From positions 10,788,001 to 10,852,000 of the forward strand of contig OX597827.1 of assembly GCA_951406725.2 (NCBI GenBank): a stretch of 64,000 bases of DNA. Direction: 5' to 3'. The DNA comes from Octopus vulgaris. Lineage: Eukaryota. Shown in pieces: positions 1-15,420 of this stretch (positions within the stretch are counted from its first letter, which is position 1; every line of letters begins with the position of its first letter). The translations under genes and the position numbers were made by a program. The notes beneath the pieces were generated by a model. The model did no database searches and was not told the DNA's origin. It saw only the letters and a list, made by a program, of their open reading frames with translations.

Positions 1-342
1 TATATGTATATATATTTTTTTTGTATGTGGCAAGTAAGTATATTTATTGAATTATAAGTACAAATATATATATATACACATAATGTGTATATCCTTCACA
101 GGTCTTTCCTTTTGTATAACTAATACATTATACATTCAGTCATCTCTATAAATATAGCTGTACATTTATGTATACACAATTATAGATATATTCCTGTATA
201 CACAATTATGTCATTTTCTATTTCCATGTACTCATACACTACCTGCACATGCACACAAACCTGCACATAATACATACACACACACAACACACACACATAT
301 ATACATACATATATGTATATACATATGTATATATATATGTGT

Positions 343-479
<137 letters not shown>

Positions 480-535
480 TATATACATACATATATATAT
501 ACATACATATATATATATATATACATATATATATG

Positions 536-579
<44 letters not shown>

Positions 580-1914
580 TATACATACATATATACATAC
601 ATACATATATATGCATGTATGTATATGTGTGTGCATGGCAAGTTGGCAGATTTGTTAAAGCATCTGCCTCAGGGCAATTGTTATAATTCTGTGCAGCGTG
701 AGTTCACATCCCATCAAGGTCAACTTTACCCCTTGTCACTTTGAGGTTGATGAAAATAAATCCCAAATCCGAGATGATGGATTCGCAGAATTAGTAGTAC
801 AGTCAGATGAAATTCCTTCTGGTATATTGTGCCAGGAACACCTGTGATGTGACAGGTACCAAGCTTAATCAACTCCAGCTTTCCTTCTGGATACTACGTA
901 CTCTGGGAATATGAGATTAAGTAGGCCCTCTATGAGACATACACACACATACACATATGTACATATATGCATATATAAATGCATGCTTATACACACCCAC
1001 ACATATATTCATATATTTAAATTCATATATCAATATGCATATGACATTCACATATATATATATATATGTGTGTGTGTGTATAAATATATATAAATATATA
1101 TATGTACGTGTGTACGTATGTATGTATGTATTTATGTATGTATGTATGTATGTATGTATGTATGTGGTGAGTGAGAGAGAGAAAGGTCAATTTTTCACAA
1201 TCTTGCTTCCTTTTCCAACTTTAATATTATTGTATTTGCCCCCAAATATACCTTTCCATTTGACGTCTGCTAAAAATCATTTGTGTGTATATGGATATAT
1301 ATGCATATTGTTTTGTATATGTATATGTGTATATGTATTTACATGCATGCGTGTGTTTGCATGTGTGTATGTATATATATATATGCACGCACATACATAA
1401 ATATATACATGTGTATATAAACATACATACATATATACACACATATATGTTACGTACATATACATAAATAAGACATCCACACACATATGTATATGTATAT
1501 GTCTGACTGCATCTGAGTATGTATTTGCATATATAGTTGTCTCTGTACATGTATATTTGGAAGTATGAGTTTCTATACACATCTATATGTATGAGTGTAC
1601 CGGTGTATTCTTTTCTTTGCATATTTATCTATAATATAAGACACAACTCATCCGATACCATCTTGAATGTCCAATGCATATAACCTAGGCAACCAGTATC
1701 CACTGCCCATTACTCTAAAAGCATCTGATTTTCAAATGATCCCTACTTTATATACCAAGAATAGGATCATAATGTCTTCTTGCATTATATAAAATATCTA
1801 TTGTTCTATACGAATGTATCGTAGATAACACCAATATAGAATTATCTGTTTGTAGACAAACAGCACACACATATGGAAGTAACTTTTGTGGGGGCCTTCT
1901 GTTTTACCTTGTTC

Positions 1915-2036
<122 letters not shown>

Positions 2037-2073
2037 CATATATATATATATATTTATACACACACACATATAC

Positions 2074-2131
<58 letters not shown>

Positions 2132-2736
2132 GTATATATATATATTTATATCTATATATACATATATAAGTTTATGTATATATATATATTTATATCTATA
2201 TATACACACATATACACATATACATACGTATACATTTATGCACATATACATGTATGGACTCTCTCATACACACACACATGCTCAGATGCGTGCACTCACA
2301 CACACACACAGATACACCCACACACATACATACAAATGTATATATGCAAAAACGGTAACAAGATATTGTTTTTGTTGTTGTTAGTATTACTATTTTGAAA
2401 TTAATTTTTCGCAAGTTTTGTAAGAGTGTTTTGAAATACACCTAAATAAAGTATTAAATATCTTTTCAATATTTTTTTAAATTATCAAAATGAAATTTCC
2501 TCAAATTTATTTTATTTACTTCAATTGATGCCAAAATGAAAATAAGCATAATTTTTCTAGTGTCTTAAATCTTCAAATCTTGTTTTCATTTTGTTTTAAA
2601 TATGTTATGCTATTTCAGACACGCACACACATTCACACACAAACACAAGCATCACATATGCACACACACACACACACACACACAGACACACAGCCATATA
2701 TAAGCATTTGCATGCATCTGTGAATATGTGTGTGTG

Positions 2737-2772
<36 letters not shown>

Positions 2773-3213
2773 TGTGCTATGCCTGTGCATATTTCAGTGT
2801 GAATGTGAATCTGTTGAAGCGTATGATGTATTCTAAAGCCTAAGAAAGAAGTTCCTTGCTTACTGGGACCTTTCCTGAAACTTTTTTCATAAATACATGC
2901 TCACACACACATACACACACGACACACAGATACGCAAATATTCACATACATACAAACAGACATACTCATTCTTATGCATTTATCTACATATGGATTAAAT
3001 TCCTATCTACATGTTTATACATGTATAAATTTCAACTTAACATCTTTTAATTATATAAATATATATATATTTATACATGTATACATGTATGCGTGTATGT
3101 GTGTGTGTGTATATATATATATGTATATATATGTATATATATATATGTATATATATATACATATATATACATACACAATATACACTATATATATATGTGT
3201 ATATATATATATA

Positions 3214-3259
<46 letters not shown>

Positions 3260-3305
3260 TAAATGTGTACATGCATATGTGTGTGTGTATGTGTGTAGGT
3301 ATTAG

Positions 3306-3342
<37 letters not shown>

Positions 3343-3398
3343 ATGTTTATATAAATTACCTTATAGTTCCAAACAAATGGGAAGTATGTATATCCTAC

Positions 3399-3416
3399 CT
3401 GCATTACATTATCCAT
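3399..3416 (-). CDS. Candidate short coding part of an alternative first exon (MDNVMQ, phase-0 donor)
   Basis: Minus strand ATG GAT AAT GTA ATG CAG|gtagga at the edge of a ~500-bp non-repetitive island; no homology recognised. Confidence 0.25.
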
Positions 3417-4654
3417 TGGAATTTTCTGCCGTGTAAAATAGTTTTCCTGTTGGTGAGAGTTCTTCCGTGACTGGCTGTCTTGTGTGTGACAACAGAATTA
3501 TGTCGGTGAGTGTGTATAAGCATGTGTGTATGTGTGTAAATCTCTATTTGTGCCATCTATACTGATGTGTCTGTATGCATTAGATTGATGCACGCTTCAG
3601 CAACTGACTGGTTGAATGGAGTTTGTTGTGGTGGTGAAGAATGCAATTGGTTCTTTCTCTGCTTCACTTACCTAGGCAGCCTTCACATGTCTGTTCTGTG
3701 CTGCAGTGTGCTGCTCCGATATTCATATATACCCAGCATCATCCTACACTCTCTCCACCCACCCATCCGTACATTCAATAACATGCTCTGATATCTCTAT
3801 GAATATTCAATAATGACATTGTCTTTACCAAAATTGACACCCCACCGTCCGCCCACCGCACTTTCACAGAGGCAAAATGTGTTGCTAAAAATAGTTTTGG
3901 GTATAGATTTACGCGAAAATCCAATATTTAATCAGGAAGAGAATCTTGTTTCTTCTAACAAAAATCCATTCACCACTTGTGTCTGACCTGATATTTTATA
4001 AGCTTCCAAAACTCTTATTCACTGGATAACTATAACTTAGAGTAAAGAAAAATGTTTCCAACAAGCCTGAAAGTGGGTCAAAAATTCGCCACCTTGCAGC
4101 TGCTTGTTACCTCACTGATTGAGATTTAAAAGGGAAAAAAAAAAAATTTAACTCAGAAAATAATTTAGATCAATTTTCTGAATAATAAAAGTGAAAAAGA
4201 TATGAGGAAAGAAGAAAAACAATAATGAAAGAAAGAAGTGAAGAAGAAGATGAAACCTGCTACATCCAAAGATTAAGTCATTGATTTTTCAGCACTGAGG
4301 CATCTTTTTTCTCTTCTTTCACTATTTTAGTTGTTTCCATAGATTTTATTCACTTGGGCCAATTTATTTCTTTAAAGTGCTTAAGCTACAGTAAAATTCT
4401 TGCATATTTATTCTTCATTTGATAACATGTGTGCAACAAACACACAAAAATGCATCCTCGTGTGCATGCACATGCAGATACACATGTACACACTTACACA
4501 AAACATGTGCATGCACAAATATGTACACACACTCCGAGTAAGTGGCAGAAACAGTACAGTGAAATTTCCGCAACACAGACCACCACCAGCTCCTAGGATT
4601 CAGTTTCATCTAATACACATATATACATACATAGTTACACACATGCATGCATAC

Positions 4655-4757
<103 letters not shown>

Positions 4758-4886
4758 CATATATATATATATTTATATAAACATATATAGATATACACAT
4801 ACATACACATATATGCTAATATATGTACACACACCCTCAATATATATATATATATGTATATGTATATACATATGTATTTTTGTGTA

Positions 4887-4942
<56 letters not shown>

Positions 4943-5332
4943 TATACTCACATATATAGATTTATATACATATATAGATATATGTACATATGTGTATATT
5001 TGTACACATGTATATATATATATATATCATACATAGTCATGTACCTATATATATGTGTATGTATGTGTGTGCATGTGTAATTTAAAATATTTAGTGAAAG
5101 GTTTTAATGTTTATATATTTTCATGAATTTATCTTAATTGATTCTTATTTTAATTATATGTGTGTGTGTGTGTGTGTGTGTGTATGTATATGTACATGTA
5201 TATACACATGTGTGTGTATGTATATATGTATGTGTATGTATATAGATATATATATATTTCCACAAACACACACATACACACACACAAACACAAACACACA
5301 CACACAGAAAACATATGCACATGTGGTGCATA

Positions 5333-5363
<31 letters not shown>

Positions 5364-6117
5364 TGGTGTGTGTGAGGGTTTGTGCAGTTTTTCATCAATG
5401 CTACTGTAAAGCTAATAAACTCGTTCCCCCCTCTTCCCTCATCCTGGTGCTCCCTTTCACATCTTTTCACTTCAGTCCCTTCCCCCCCCCCCCATCCAGA
5501 AGGTTTGCTATTTGAAAATTACAGCTCTTCCTTTAGCTGACAGAACTTAACTTAAAAATAGCTCTGGATTATGCTGTCCCTGATACTTGGAACGGAATCC
5601 TTATGGAGTCAATAGAGAAAGAGAGAGATAAAAGAACAGCAAGAGAAAGAGAGAGAGAGAAAGGGGGGAGAGATGGCGCTGCTGTAATTGTTTTTGTTTA
5701 GATTGTTTTAGCTGTGATTGATAGGGAGAAAGCAAGAGGGAAAATTTTGCTCAATTTACTGTCAAAATAAATTATCTCACATTATAAAGCCAGGTCGTTT
5801 CAAGCAAGTTTGTAAAAAAAAAAAAATATATTACATCACTTTTTAAAGAAAAGAAGGCTAACAGTTCCTGTTATTCTTCTTTAAGACGCTGAAAAAGTGA
5901 ATAATAATTGTTAAAGTCAGAACTCTGAAAATCCTGATTTCAAGACTTTCAGAAAGTATTTTCACTTTTCCTGTTTTAAAGAAATTCTACGATAACAACA
6001 ACAACAACAATAGTAGTGATGATGATGATGATGATGATGATGACGACGACAATGATGGTGGTGGTGATGGTGGTGGTGGTGGTGGAAGTAGTAGTAGTAG
6101 TAGTTGTAGTAGTATTT

Positions 6118-6192
<75 letters not shown>

Positions 6193-6198
6193 ATGATG

Positions 6199-6242
<44 letters not shown>

Positions 6243-7193
6243 GATAAGAATGATAATAATAATAATAATAATAATGATAGTAATAATAATAATAAAATTG
6301 CTATGAGATGATAACTTTATGAAGTATAACAATGAGTCATATCATGTACCATGCTAGGTTATAAATCGTCACAAATGGATAGCATTTCCTGGATGAGATT
6401 TATCTAGTTGGAAAATTTGGTAGCTGGAAGGGAATTATATGGATTCCAATCACATGTGCGTATGTACGTGTGTGAGTGTATTCATGTGTGGCTGTGTGTG
6501 TATGTTTGTGTGTGTACATGTATGTATATTTTCACCATTATATATTAGAGATAGACATAAACTCTGAACGAAAAGTTAAAGCCAAGGATCTTTCAAACAG
6601 CAATGCCCGATATGGTAACTGTTTCTCCCCAATTTGCATAGACAATTCCTCGTCACTTAAATTCAGTGAACCATGGATAACATCATTGTTGGACTGTAAC
6701 ATTCAATGACAATTGTTCACAATAAGCAATAGAAAATGAAAAGGCAAAAATATATAATTCTCATTTTGCAATCACCTGTTTCGGGTCCAGTCGTATAGCT
6801 ACAAATCAGCCAATGCCCTTAGAGTAAATTTATTAAACCCTCCCTCAAAAATTTTTGCGGCCCCATTCCAATCTGACATTTTGATATTCTAGTAATTTCA
6901 CACAATTATGACAAATGAAGTTAATTGCTTGATTGATGCTTTGTCATCCAAGTTATCCATCAACATGTATGTAATTAAAAAAAATTTGATTTCAAAGGAG
7001 GTAAATATCTATTTTTGGAAGAAAGAATCAATCGACTTCATGTCACTTTCTACTTAATGTGAGACATGATATGAAAATAGTTTAGTAAGCTAATCTCTTT
7101 AACCCTTCTGTTACACAATGCCATCATAGCTTACCCTGTTGATGTATTTCTCACCTGGTATAGTAAAGTTTAACTATACTTGTAAGGAATATA

Positions 7194-7373
7194 CAAGACA
7201 GTGCTAGAAAGTTCCTGGTTTTGGCTAAAAAAAAGTTAATTATGATTTTATTTACACTCTATTGCAGTGGTCCTTCAGTTTTTCTTAGCCCCTCAAAAGA
7301 ACTCGAATGGTTGGGCTTCCAGCCAGGTTTCTAACAAAACCCTTAAAACCAAGAACTTTCCAGCATCCCCTCA
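7194..7373. mobile_element. Mariner-type MITE, degenerate internally deleted copy
   Basis: TA-flanked; termini related to (c)gagggggtgctgaaaagttcctggcttt; same family as 39971 and 41493. Confidence 0.6.
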
Positions 7374-7745
7374 TAAGTACAGCAGCACTGCTATAGCATA
7401 GACTGTTGATAGTGTTTATACCAATATGTGAGTGCCACTGTGGCACTCACGGAGAATTCATTAATATTTGTGCTTTTTGTTTAAAATAATTTGTAATTAA
7501 GAGAGGAAGCAGGTATGACCGTGTCGTTAAGAAACTTGATTTGAAACCATATAGTTTCAGGTTCCGACCCAGAGTTTGACACTTTAGGCAAGTGTCTTCT
7601 GCTATAGCCTTTCACAGCCTTGTTACCAAACAGATTGTTGGTTAAAATAGGTAAAGAAGTCATACATATATTATATATGTACACACATACACTCCACCTA
7701 CACACACACACAAATGAGTTGCATCTAGGAGAAAAGGCAGCTTAA

Positions 7746-7966
7746 CCCTTTAGTGTTTAAACCGGCCCTATCCGGCCAAAATATTCTACCTATTTTATGT
7801 TCAAACTAGTCAGATATGGTCATTCGTAGCTACCTTATTGTGTCATTTTTAAAAATAAACAATCACATCATTGAAATCTCAAAGCCACGAAAAGAGGCAA
7901 GATTAATTTTACATGGTGTGAATACGTAAGCTTTACATTTGACAGAATAATTTGAATGCTAAAGGG
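7746..7966. mobile_element. piggyBac-like MITE
   Basis: TTAA on both sides; TIR ccctttagtgtttaaa vs reverse complement of right end ccctttagcattcaaa. Confidence 0.75.
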
Positions 7967-8680
7967 TTAAATGGGTTTAGAAGCCAAATTATGTAGGGAG
8001 GGCAAATTTTACTGTCATAACTTGGTTTTATTCTTATTTTGTTTTAAATTTTATTCCCTAAATTGGTGTGGCATTTACATGAAGATAAAACAGAACTTGA
8101 AAAATATTTTGCTCTTGTGTTTGGTTGTGTTGAAGAATAGTTTATTGTAAATCAGGAGGGTCAAACAAATCTGGAATGAAGAGGACACAACATTGATGAG
8201 TTTGTGAAAGGCGATGAAAGAATTTTAACAAATGTTGCTGATTGGTTCATTAACCAAATGATTAATCAAACAATCAATTAGTTAATTAGTTAAACGATTA
8301 ACCAATCAACTAATCATTATAAAAGAAGTGAAATGGAACCAGTGTATGTGTTTCATATTAGTATAATGACTCTCCCAAGATACACCAAAATAGAAAAGTA
8401 TATTTTCAATACCAAATTTTTAAAAAAGGATATTGAAATGGAAACATATTCAAAAAGAAACATAAAGTAGTTGAAAGAAAATTGTATTTTTAATTTCAAA
8501 TATCTGAAAGGAAAAAAAAAACTGCTTATGGAAAAACTGCTTTATAAAAATGGCTAAATGGAAACACTCCTCTTCCACACCAAAGAGTTGTAGGTAGATC
8601 AGTCAGAAATAGCCTTAGCCTTTTTAATACTATTTCATTTACTTCCAGGATGCTTTATAGGAAATCTAAATGTACTACAG

Positions 8681-8970
8681 TGAAGGTGCTTTGTTTAGGG
8701 GTTAGGGTATTTGGATCACAATCGTAAGATCATGAGTTCAATTCCTGGTGATGTGTTGTATTCTTGAGCAAGAAACTTTATTTCACATTGCTCCAGTCCA
8801 CTTAGCTAGCAAAAATGAGTAGTACCTGTATTTCAAAGGGCCAGCCTTGTCATACTCGATGTCATGTGGGATTTCCCTGAGAATTATGTTATAGGTCTAC
8901 TTGTCCATGGAGTGCTTGACCCCTTGCATGTTAATTTCATGGGCAAGCTGTTCCATTGATCGGATCAATG
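8681..8970 (+). mobile_element. tRNA-derived SINE (family C head, different tail), degenerate
   Basis: Box B-like gagttcaattcc; ttcttgagcaagaaactttatttcacattgctccagtccac shared with 11332 and 58333 copies. Confidence 0.6.
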
Positions 8971-9653
8971 GAGTGACAATTGTATCACAATATTTGGCAG
9001 GTAGTTTGTTTTGTGGATCCTAGAAGGATGTAAGTCAACGTTGTAATTGGTGGAATTTGAACTCAAAACCTAAAGTAATATAAGTATTGTATTAGAAGCT
9101 ATAACAATTCTATGAAGAAATATTTCTCTTTAATTAATTCATAAAGTTTAGTGAAGGAGTGAGTGTAATGCCAGTGACCTTCACAGGGTCACCAAGATGG
9201 TGAGATGGGAAAGTAAAACCATTTCTCTTCAGTTTCGACATCTTTAAGACAATGGTTGCAGAATAAAACGTATGAAGGAGAATATTAAATAAACACGAAG
9301 CAGGAACATTGAATGCAGAGGATTTGTGAAAGCTGGAAATTAATTGCAATGGCAAGTCTAAACAGAACAATTTTGATGATGATGATGATGAGGTTTCTCA
9401 CACACACACACTCTCACACACATACACACACACACACACGCACATCATATCATATCATTGAGCAGCATATGGCATATAACTGGTTAGAATGTTACCATTG
9501 GTTTCAAGCCAGCTTGGAAATATTCCAATATTGCTAAATGCAATAGTCTATATGAAACTAATGGCAGTATTCTAAGCAGTTAAATGCCATAAACAGTAAT
9601 ATAACACTCACTGAATATATATGTATATATATATATATGTGAGAAAGTTGGTT

Positions 9654-9778
<125 letters not shown>

Positions 9779-9879
9779 CATACATATATATATAAATATA
9801 TATATAAGATCCAGGGATCAAGGTGTTGGAAGAAAGTTAGCTTCAAGCAAATCTATGTATATATACATAAAAAATAAGA

Positions 9880-10361
9880 CATCCAGTTAACATCATAGTG
9901 TTTGGAGTGGTCACTAGTGATGGTCATATTATGTTTCCTTTCATCTTCCCACATGGCCCCAGACTGAACACAGATGCCTACATTAAGTGCTTAGAGGAGG
10001 TAGTGCTGCCCTGGGTCAAGTGGGTGGTTGCTGGAAGACCCTATGTCTGGCAACAAGACTGTGCACCATGCCACACAAGCAGAAAAAAACCCACTCATGA
10101 CTGTCAGACAATTCCTGTGACCACATCACTCTTAACATCTGGGCACCTAAATCTCCAGACTGCAACCCCCTTGATTATTATGTGTGGGGTGCAATTGAGC
10201 GAGAGACCGACAAAACTCCTTGAAACACCAAAGAATAACTGAAGTGAAGGATTACGGCAGCATTCACCAACTTATACAAGGAGACCATCCAGAAGAGTTG
10301 CAGGAGATTCTGAAACAGACTGCCAGCTGAAATTGAAGCCAATAGCGATTTTGTTGAATAA
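9880..10361 (+). pseudogene. Decayed Tc1/mariner transposase C-terminal half, DD37D (maT/mori-like) spacing
   Basis: [15 protein letters not shown]...YVWQQDCAPCHTSR, frameshift in A-run at ~10085, then WAPKSPDCNPLDYYVWGAIE...IEANSDFVE*; several in-frame stops. Confidence 0.9.
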
Positions 10362-10399
10362 AGTTATACTTTAGTATTTCAAGATATTTTTATGTAAAA

Positions 10400-10799
10400 T
10401 TAGCAGTATCACCCGGCGTTGCTCGGGTTTGTAAGGGAAATAACTATATAAGCATTTTTAGAGAGTTATAGCCAAAAAATAGCAAAAAAATGCATTAAAA
10501 ATGGGAAAAAAATTATGGTAAATTTTTTTTTAAATCGTTGACTCATCGTAGACATATTTAGAGAGTTACTTCCCTTATATAATTGCGAAAAAATGCATTA
10601 AAATGGAATAAAAAATGATGTTAAATTATTTTTTAAATCGTAGACTCATCGTAGATGCGCGCTAATACCCAGAAGGGCTCGATATGAATCACGACTATAA
10701 GATACCCGCTTTTGGTTAAACTGCACCGCAAAATGTGGGAGTAGTTAGGAATCTAAATCGTAGGAGATAGACACACAACCTCTCTTTTATATATAAAGA
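10400..10799 (-). mobile_element. Non-autonomous Helitron, subfamily A
   Basis: Minus strand A|TCtttatatataaaag...cccgagcaacgccggg hairpin...ctgCTAA|T; no TSD; inserted between A and T. Confidence 0.85.
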
Positions 10800-10999
10800 T
10801 TAGTAAATATATCTGTTAAAATGAGATGTCAATGTTATTTTCATTTTGGTGTAATTTAGATGAGAATTTATACACTGCACCCTGTACATATATATGAGTG
10901 TAGAAATATTCTTGAGCTTGAATGTTGGTGAAACAATTGAAGATTTATCTAATAAAACAATTTGCTCACTCCATACACCTTGTTAATAATTATATGAAT

Positions 11000-11071
<72 letters not shown>

Positions 11072-11073
<2 letters not shown>

Positions 11074-11300
11074 GAAAAATACAAACTGGGACAAGAACGT
11101 AAAACATTTAGAAGACGATGCAAAAAACACGGACGGGACATTTGAAGCCTTCAATCTTCAGTCAAGAACCGGATCATCCTCGCAATTTCGGCTGATTAAT
11201 CTTGAGATCGCTCCGATCCGGCCTGCCCCAAGGAAAAACTAAGCTACGGTCATTAGATTTCTTGGAAAAAGGATCGAATGTATACGAAACAAGGACAATG
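11072..11300 (-). mobile_element. TA-embedded repeat fragment, possibly a Penelope-like 3' end
   Basis: Unique island bounded by (TA)n; carries CGAAA..GAGGAUGA..GACUGAAGA motif on minus strand. Confidence 0.4.
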
Positions 11301-11331
11301 CATACATATGTATATGTGTATGTACATACAT

Positions 11332-11585
11332 GGAAGCATGTGGTTTAGTGATTAATGTGGTTGCAATCATGATTGTAAGATTGTGGTTTCAAATCCTGGA
11401 CTGAGTGATGCATTCTGTTCTTGAGCAAGACACTTCATTTCACATAGCTTCAGGTCACTCAGCTGGTAAAAAAATGAGTAATCCTGCAATGAATTAGCAT
11501 CCCATCCAGTGGAGAACTATATAACACCACAGAATCCAAGGAGCCAAGGAGCCAGCCCTATAACCCTACGACACAAGAAGAACGA
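11332..11585 (+). mobile_element. tRNA-derived SINE family C (Meta-domain-like)
   Basis: Box A/B-like head; ctgcaatgaattagcatcccatccag segment homologous to the 58333 copy. Confidence 0.65.
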
Positions 11586-11645
11586 CTGATTTCTTTCTGT
11601 TATGTACACGCATTAAGCTCATCCTGTTCTCCTTTATATAAAATA

Positions 11646-12041
11646 CTAGCAGTATCGCCTGGCGTTGCTCGGGTTTGTAAGGGAAATAACTATATAAGCA
11701 TTTTTAGAGATGTAAAGTATAATAGCCATCTCAATATGGCTAACCACAAAAGGGGGGTGTTACTGTAGCTTTTTACGTTCTGAGATTTAATAATACATTT
11801 TTAGAGAGTTACTTCCCTTATATAATAGCAAAAAAATGCATTAAAAATGGGAAAAAATGATGGTAAATTTTTTTAAAATTGTAGACTCATCGTAGACGCG
11901 CTAATACCCAGAAGGGCTCGATATGAATCACGACTATAATATACCCGGTTTTGGTTAAACTGCACCGCAAAATGTGGGAGTAGTTAGGAATCTAAATCGT
12001 AGGGGACAGACAGCACACAACCTCACTTTTATATATAAAGA
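11646..12041 (-). mobile_element. Non-autonomous Helitron, subfamily A
   Basis: A|TC 5' end, subterminal hairpin, CTAG|T 3' end; near-identical termini to 10400-10799 plus an extra ~90-bp internal segment. Confidence 0.88.
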
Positions 12042-12568
12042 TATTTCTATTTCTGAATAGAAAAGAATGGTGAACACACATTGTTCTGTGTTAAGCTGTG
12101 TGTGTGTGCGTGTGGCTTAGTTCTGGTCAGTGGTGCCAGTAGATAGGTGTCGGAACTGGATGGACAGAATCACAGTTATCACAGAGATAACCTTATAGTA
12201 TTAGTATTAGTATTAGTAGTAGTAGTAGTTGTTGTTGTTGGTGTTGGTGTTGTGGTGGTGGTGGTTTTGGCAGCAAGAACTGTTGATAGGTAATTTAGAT
12301 GTAGTCTAATGTGATGTCTAGCACGACTAATGATTTGATTAGGAGGAGGAAGTTGATGATGAAGATAGAAGACAGACAGGCAAATAATGAGGAGGAGAAT
12401 GCGGTGGTGGCGGTGGTGATGGTGGGTGGAGGAGGAGGAGGAGGAAGAGAAAGAAGAAGAAGAAGAAGAAGAAGAAGAAGAAGAAGAAGAAGAAGAAGAA
12501 GAAGAAAAAGAAGGTGGTGGTGATGATGATGACAGTGATGATAAAGATAATGATTGCGATAATGAGGT

Positions 12569-12615
<47 letters not shown>

Positions 12616-12983
12616 TTGCTGCTGTTGCTGCTGGTGATGATGAAGAAGATGATGACGGCATTGTCAGTAGTTTTTATTACTATGTTTTCACCATTCTTCT
12701 ATTTTGATGAACTTCTATTTGAGCAGAGTGAGCGATGATGACAGCGGTGGGTTTTGGTGGTGGTGGTGGCGGCTGTGATGACGGTAGAGAGTGGGTGGTG
12801 GAGGATGACAGAATATAAAGAAAACAAAAAAATACAAATAACCAAGAAACAAAATGTACAAAAAAAAAGTAAGATTCTCTGTATAACTGTAGTTGATTTT
12901 GTAGATATATTTCGAAAAGAAAACTGGAAAATAAAAAGCTTATTTGAACAGTGTGTACGTGTGTATGAATACAGCAGGGTGTG

Positions 12984-13213
<230 letters not shown>

Positions 13214-13608
13214 TATATGTGTATATATATATATGAGTGTATTGTGGTGTGTGGAGGCGTGTCAATGAGTGTAATGTGATTGTGGGTGGATATAGTATGT
13301 GTGTATGTGTTTCGGTGGGGTGGTAAAGGTGTTAGGGTGATCAGTAAGTAGACAAGACTTGGTGATAAACTACTAATGGATACTAAATGATGAAGAAATG
13401 AAATATCTATTAGATGAGTGATGAAGCAGTTTGGATTGTAGATCAACATGAGAGAGAGAGAGAGAGAGATGGGGAGAGAGTAGAGAGAGAGAGAAAGGTG
13501 AGAAGAAAAAGGGAGTGAAAATGAGAAATACACACACACACACATATGAATATAGTTAAATACACACACACACATATATATATACATACATATACATATG
13601 TGTATCTG

Positions 13609-13677
<69 letters not shown>

Positions 13678-13871
13678 CTATCTATATTATATGTGTGTGT
13701 GTGTGTGTATCCCCACTGGCAATGCTCCAGCATTGCCACAGCCTCAGGGCTAAGACATATAAAAGAATATATGAATATTATATATATGTATATATATACA
13801 CATATATCTATATATATATATATATAAACATACATAACATATTTGTATATATATATGTAAACATGTGTGTA

Positions 13872-13904
<33 letters not shown>

Positions 13905-14295
13905 ATATGTATATATACACATATATATGTGTGTGTGTGTGTGTGTGTGTATAATATTATGACATATTTTAATATAAATGGTGGAGTGTGTATTGTCTAA
14001 ACATTTAAAAGATGAAGCTTCTAAGAAATGGTGGGTTAGTTCACAATGTATGGCATAAATATGAATGCTGAATAAGACTAACATATAGTGCATAAAATAT
14101 ATCTGATGATGGGCTGTTTATGAAGTTTAAAAGAACATAGACACATTGTTTCTGAAATAAGGAGGTATGTGGGTAAACAAGAATTTGATCAGGTTGTTTA
14201 TAATGTGAAGAGAAGTGAAAGTAGGCTGCTTATAAGGTAAATAGGTGTATGAGTGATTTGTTTATGTGACAAGATCTTGATGAAGTATATATATA

Positions 14296-14341
<46 letters not shown>

Positions 14342-14667
14342 AATTGAGATAGGGGTTGTAAATGCAACCCTCCATGGGATAACATATATCCAATATACTG
14401 CTAGTGAAGTACCCAGCTGTAAGATGTAATCTATACTTATATTTATATTTACTTATATTTATATTCTCTTTTATATATATTCTACTTATTATACAACATT
14501 ACTTTTTTATGTACACTTTTTTATGTACATTCATTTATGTACACTGATTTGTTCTGCTTTTATATCTAACCCTACAGTCTCTAATGTGGTGGTTTAATAA
14601 AGTATGTGATTGAGTATTATCTGGTAATTGATATTTGATTTAGATGTATTTCTCCATTTTCTAATCT

Positions 14668-14709
<42 letters not shown>

Positions 14710-14999
14710 TGAAGATACAGGAGGATCAGTTAATTATGATTTTATTCAGCATGTTCCCCTCTCAGATTCACACACTTATTTCAGCAGTCTTTCAAGTTTT
14801 CTAAGTCCTGTAAAAGAACTTGGAAGGTTGGGCCCCCCCCCAGCTAGGCCTCTGTGATACCCTTAAAGTCAGGAACTTTTCAGCAATTCCTGGTATGGAA
14901 TTTAAATATTAACAATGATTAAACCATGAAATAACTTTTCAGTTTTCAAAATGAAGCAAAACTAACAATAAGATGAAAAATAATATTATTATTATTATA

Positions 15000-15164
15000 G
15001 GCACAGGAGTGGCTGTGTGGTAAGTAGCTTGCTTCCCAACCACATGGTTCCATGTTCAGTCCCACTGCGTAGCATTTTGGGCAAGTGTCTTCTGCTATAG
15101 CCCCGGGCCGACCAATGCCTTGTGAGTGGATTTGGTAGACGGAAACTGAAAGAAGCCTGTTGTA

Positions 15165-15215
<51 letters not shown>

Positions 15216-15420
15216 ATGTTTGTGTGTCTGTGTTTGTCCCTCAAGCATTGCTTGACAACCGATGCTGGTGTGTTTACATCCCCGTCACTTAGCGGTTCAG
15301 CAAAAGAGACCGATAGAATAAGTACTGGGCTTACAAAGTATAAGTCCCGGGGCCGATTTGCTCTACTAAATGCGGTGCTCCAGCATGGCCGCAGTCAAAT
15401 GACTGAAACAAGTAAAAGAG
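15000..15420 (+). mobile_element. tRNA-derived SINE family A, full length
   Basis: Box A tggctgtgtgg, box B-like gttcagtccc, internal (TA)n(TG)n, tail cagcatggccgcagtcaaatgactgaaacaagtaaaagag; >12 copies in window. Confidence 0.9.

Larger units (their letters stand above)
9880..10884 (+). mobile_element. Right half of Tc1/mariner element, interrupted by a Helitron
   Basis: Transposase remnant followed by 3' region ending caccctg|TA at 10884. Confidence 0.75.

Noticed and set aside
3886-3895. MEF2-like ctaaaaatag (also near 5551, 22509, 22839) and many TGCATG motifs
   Set aside because: Expected by chance in AT-rich and CA/TG-repeat DNA, and one lies inside a repeat; no independent support
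12426-12707. Acidic poly-E/poly-D ORF
   Set aside because: (GGA)(GAA)(GAT) trinucleotide mosaic open in several frames, with no splice or homology support
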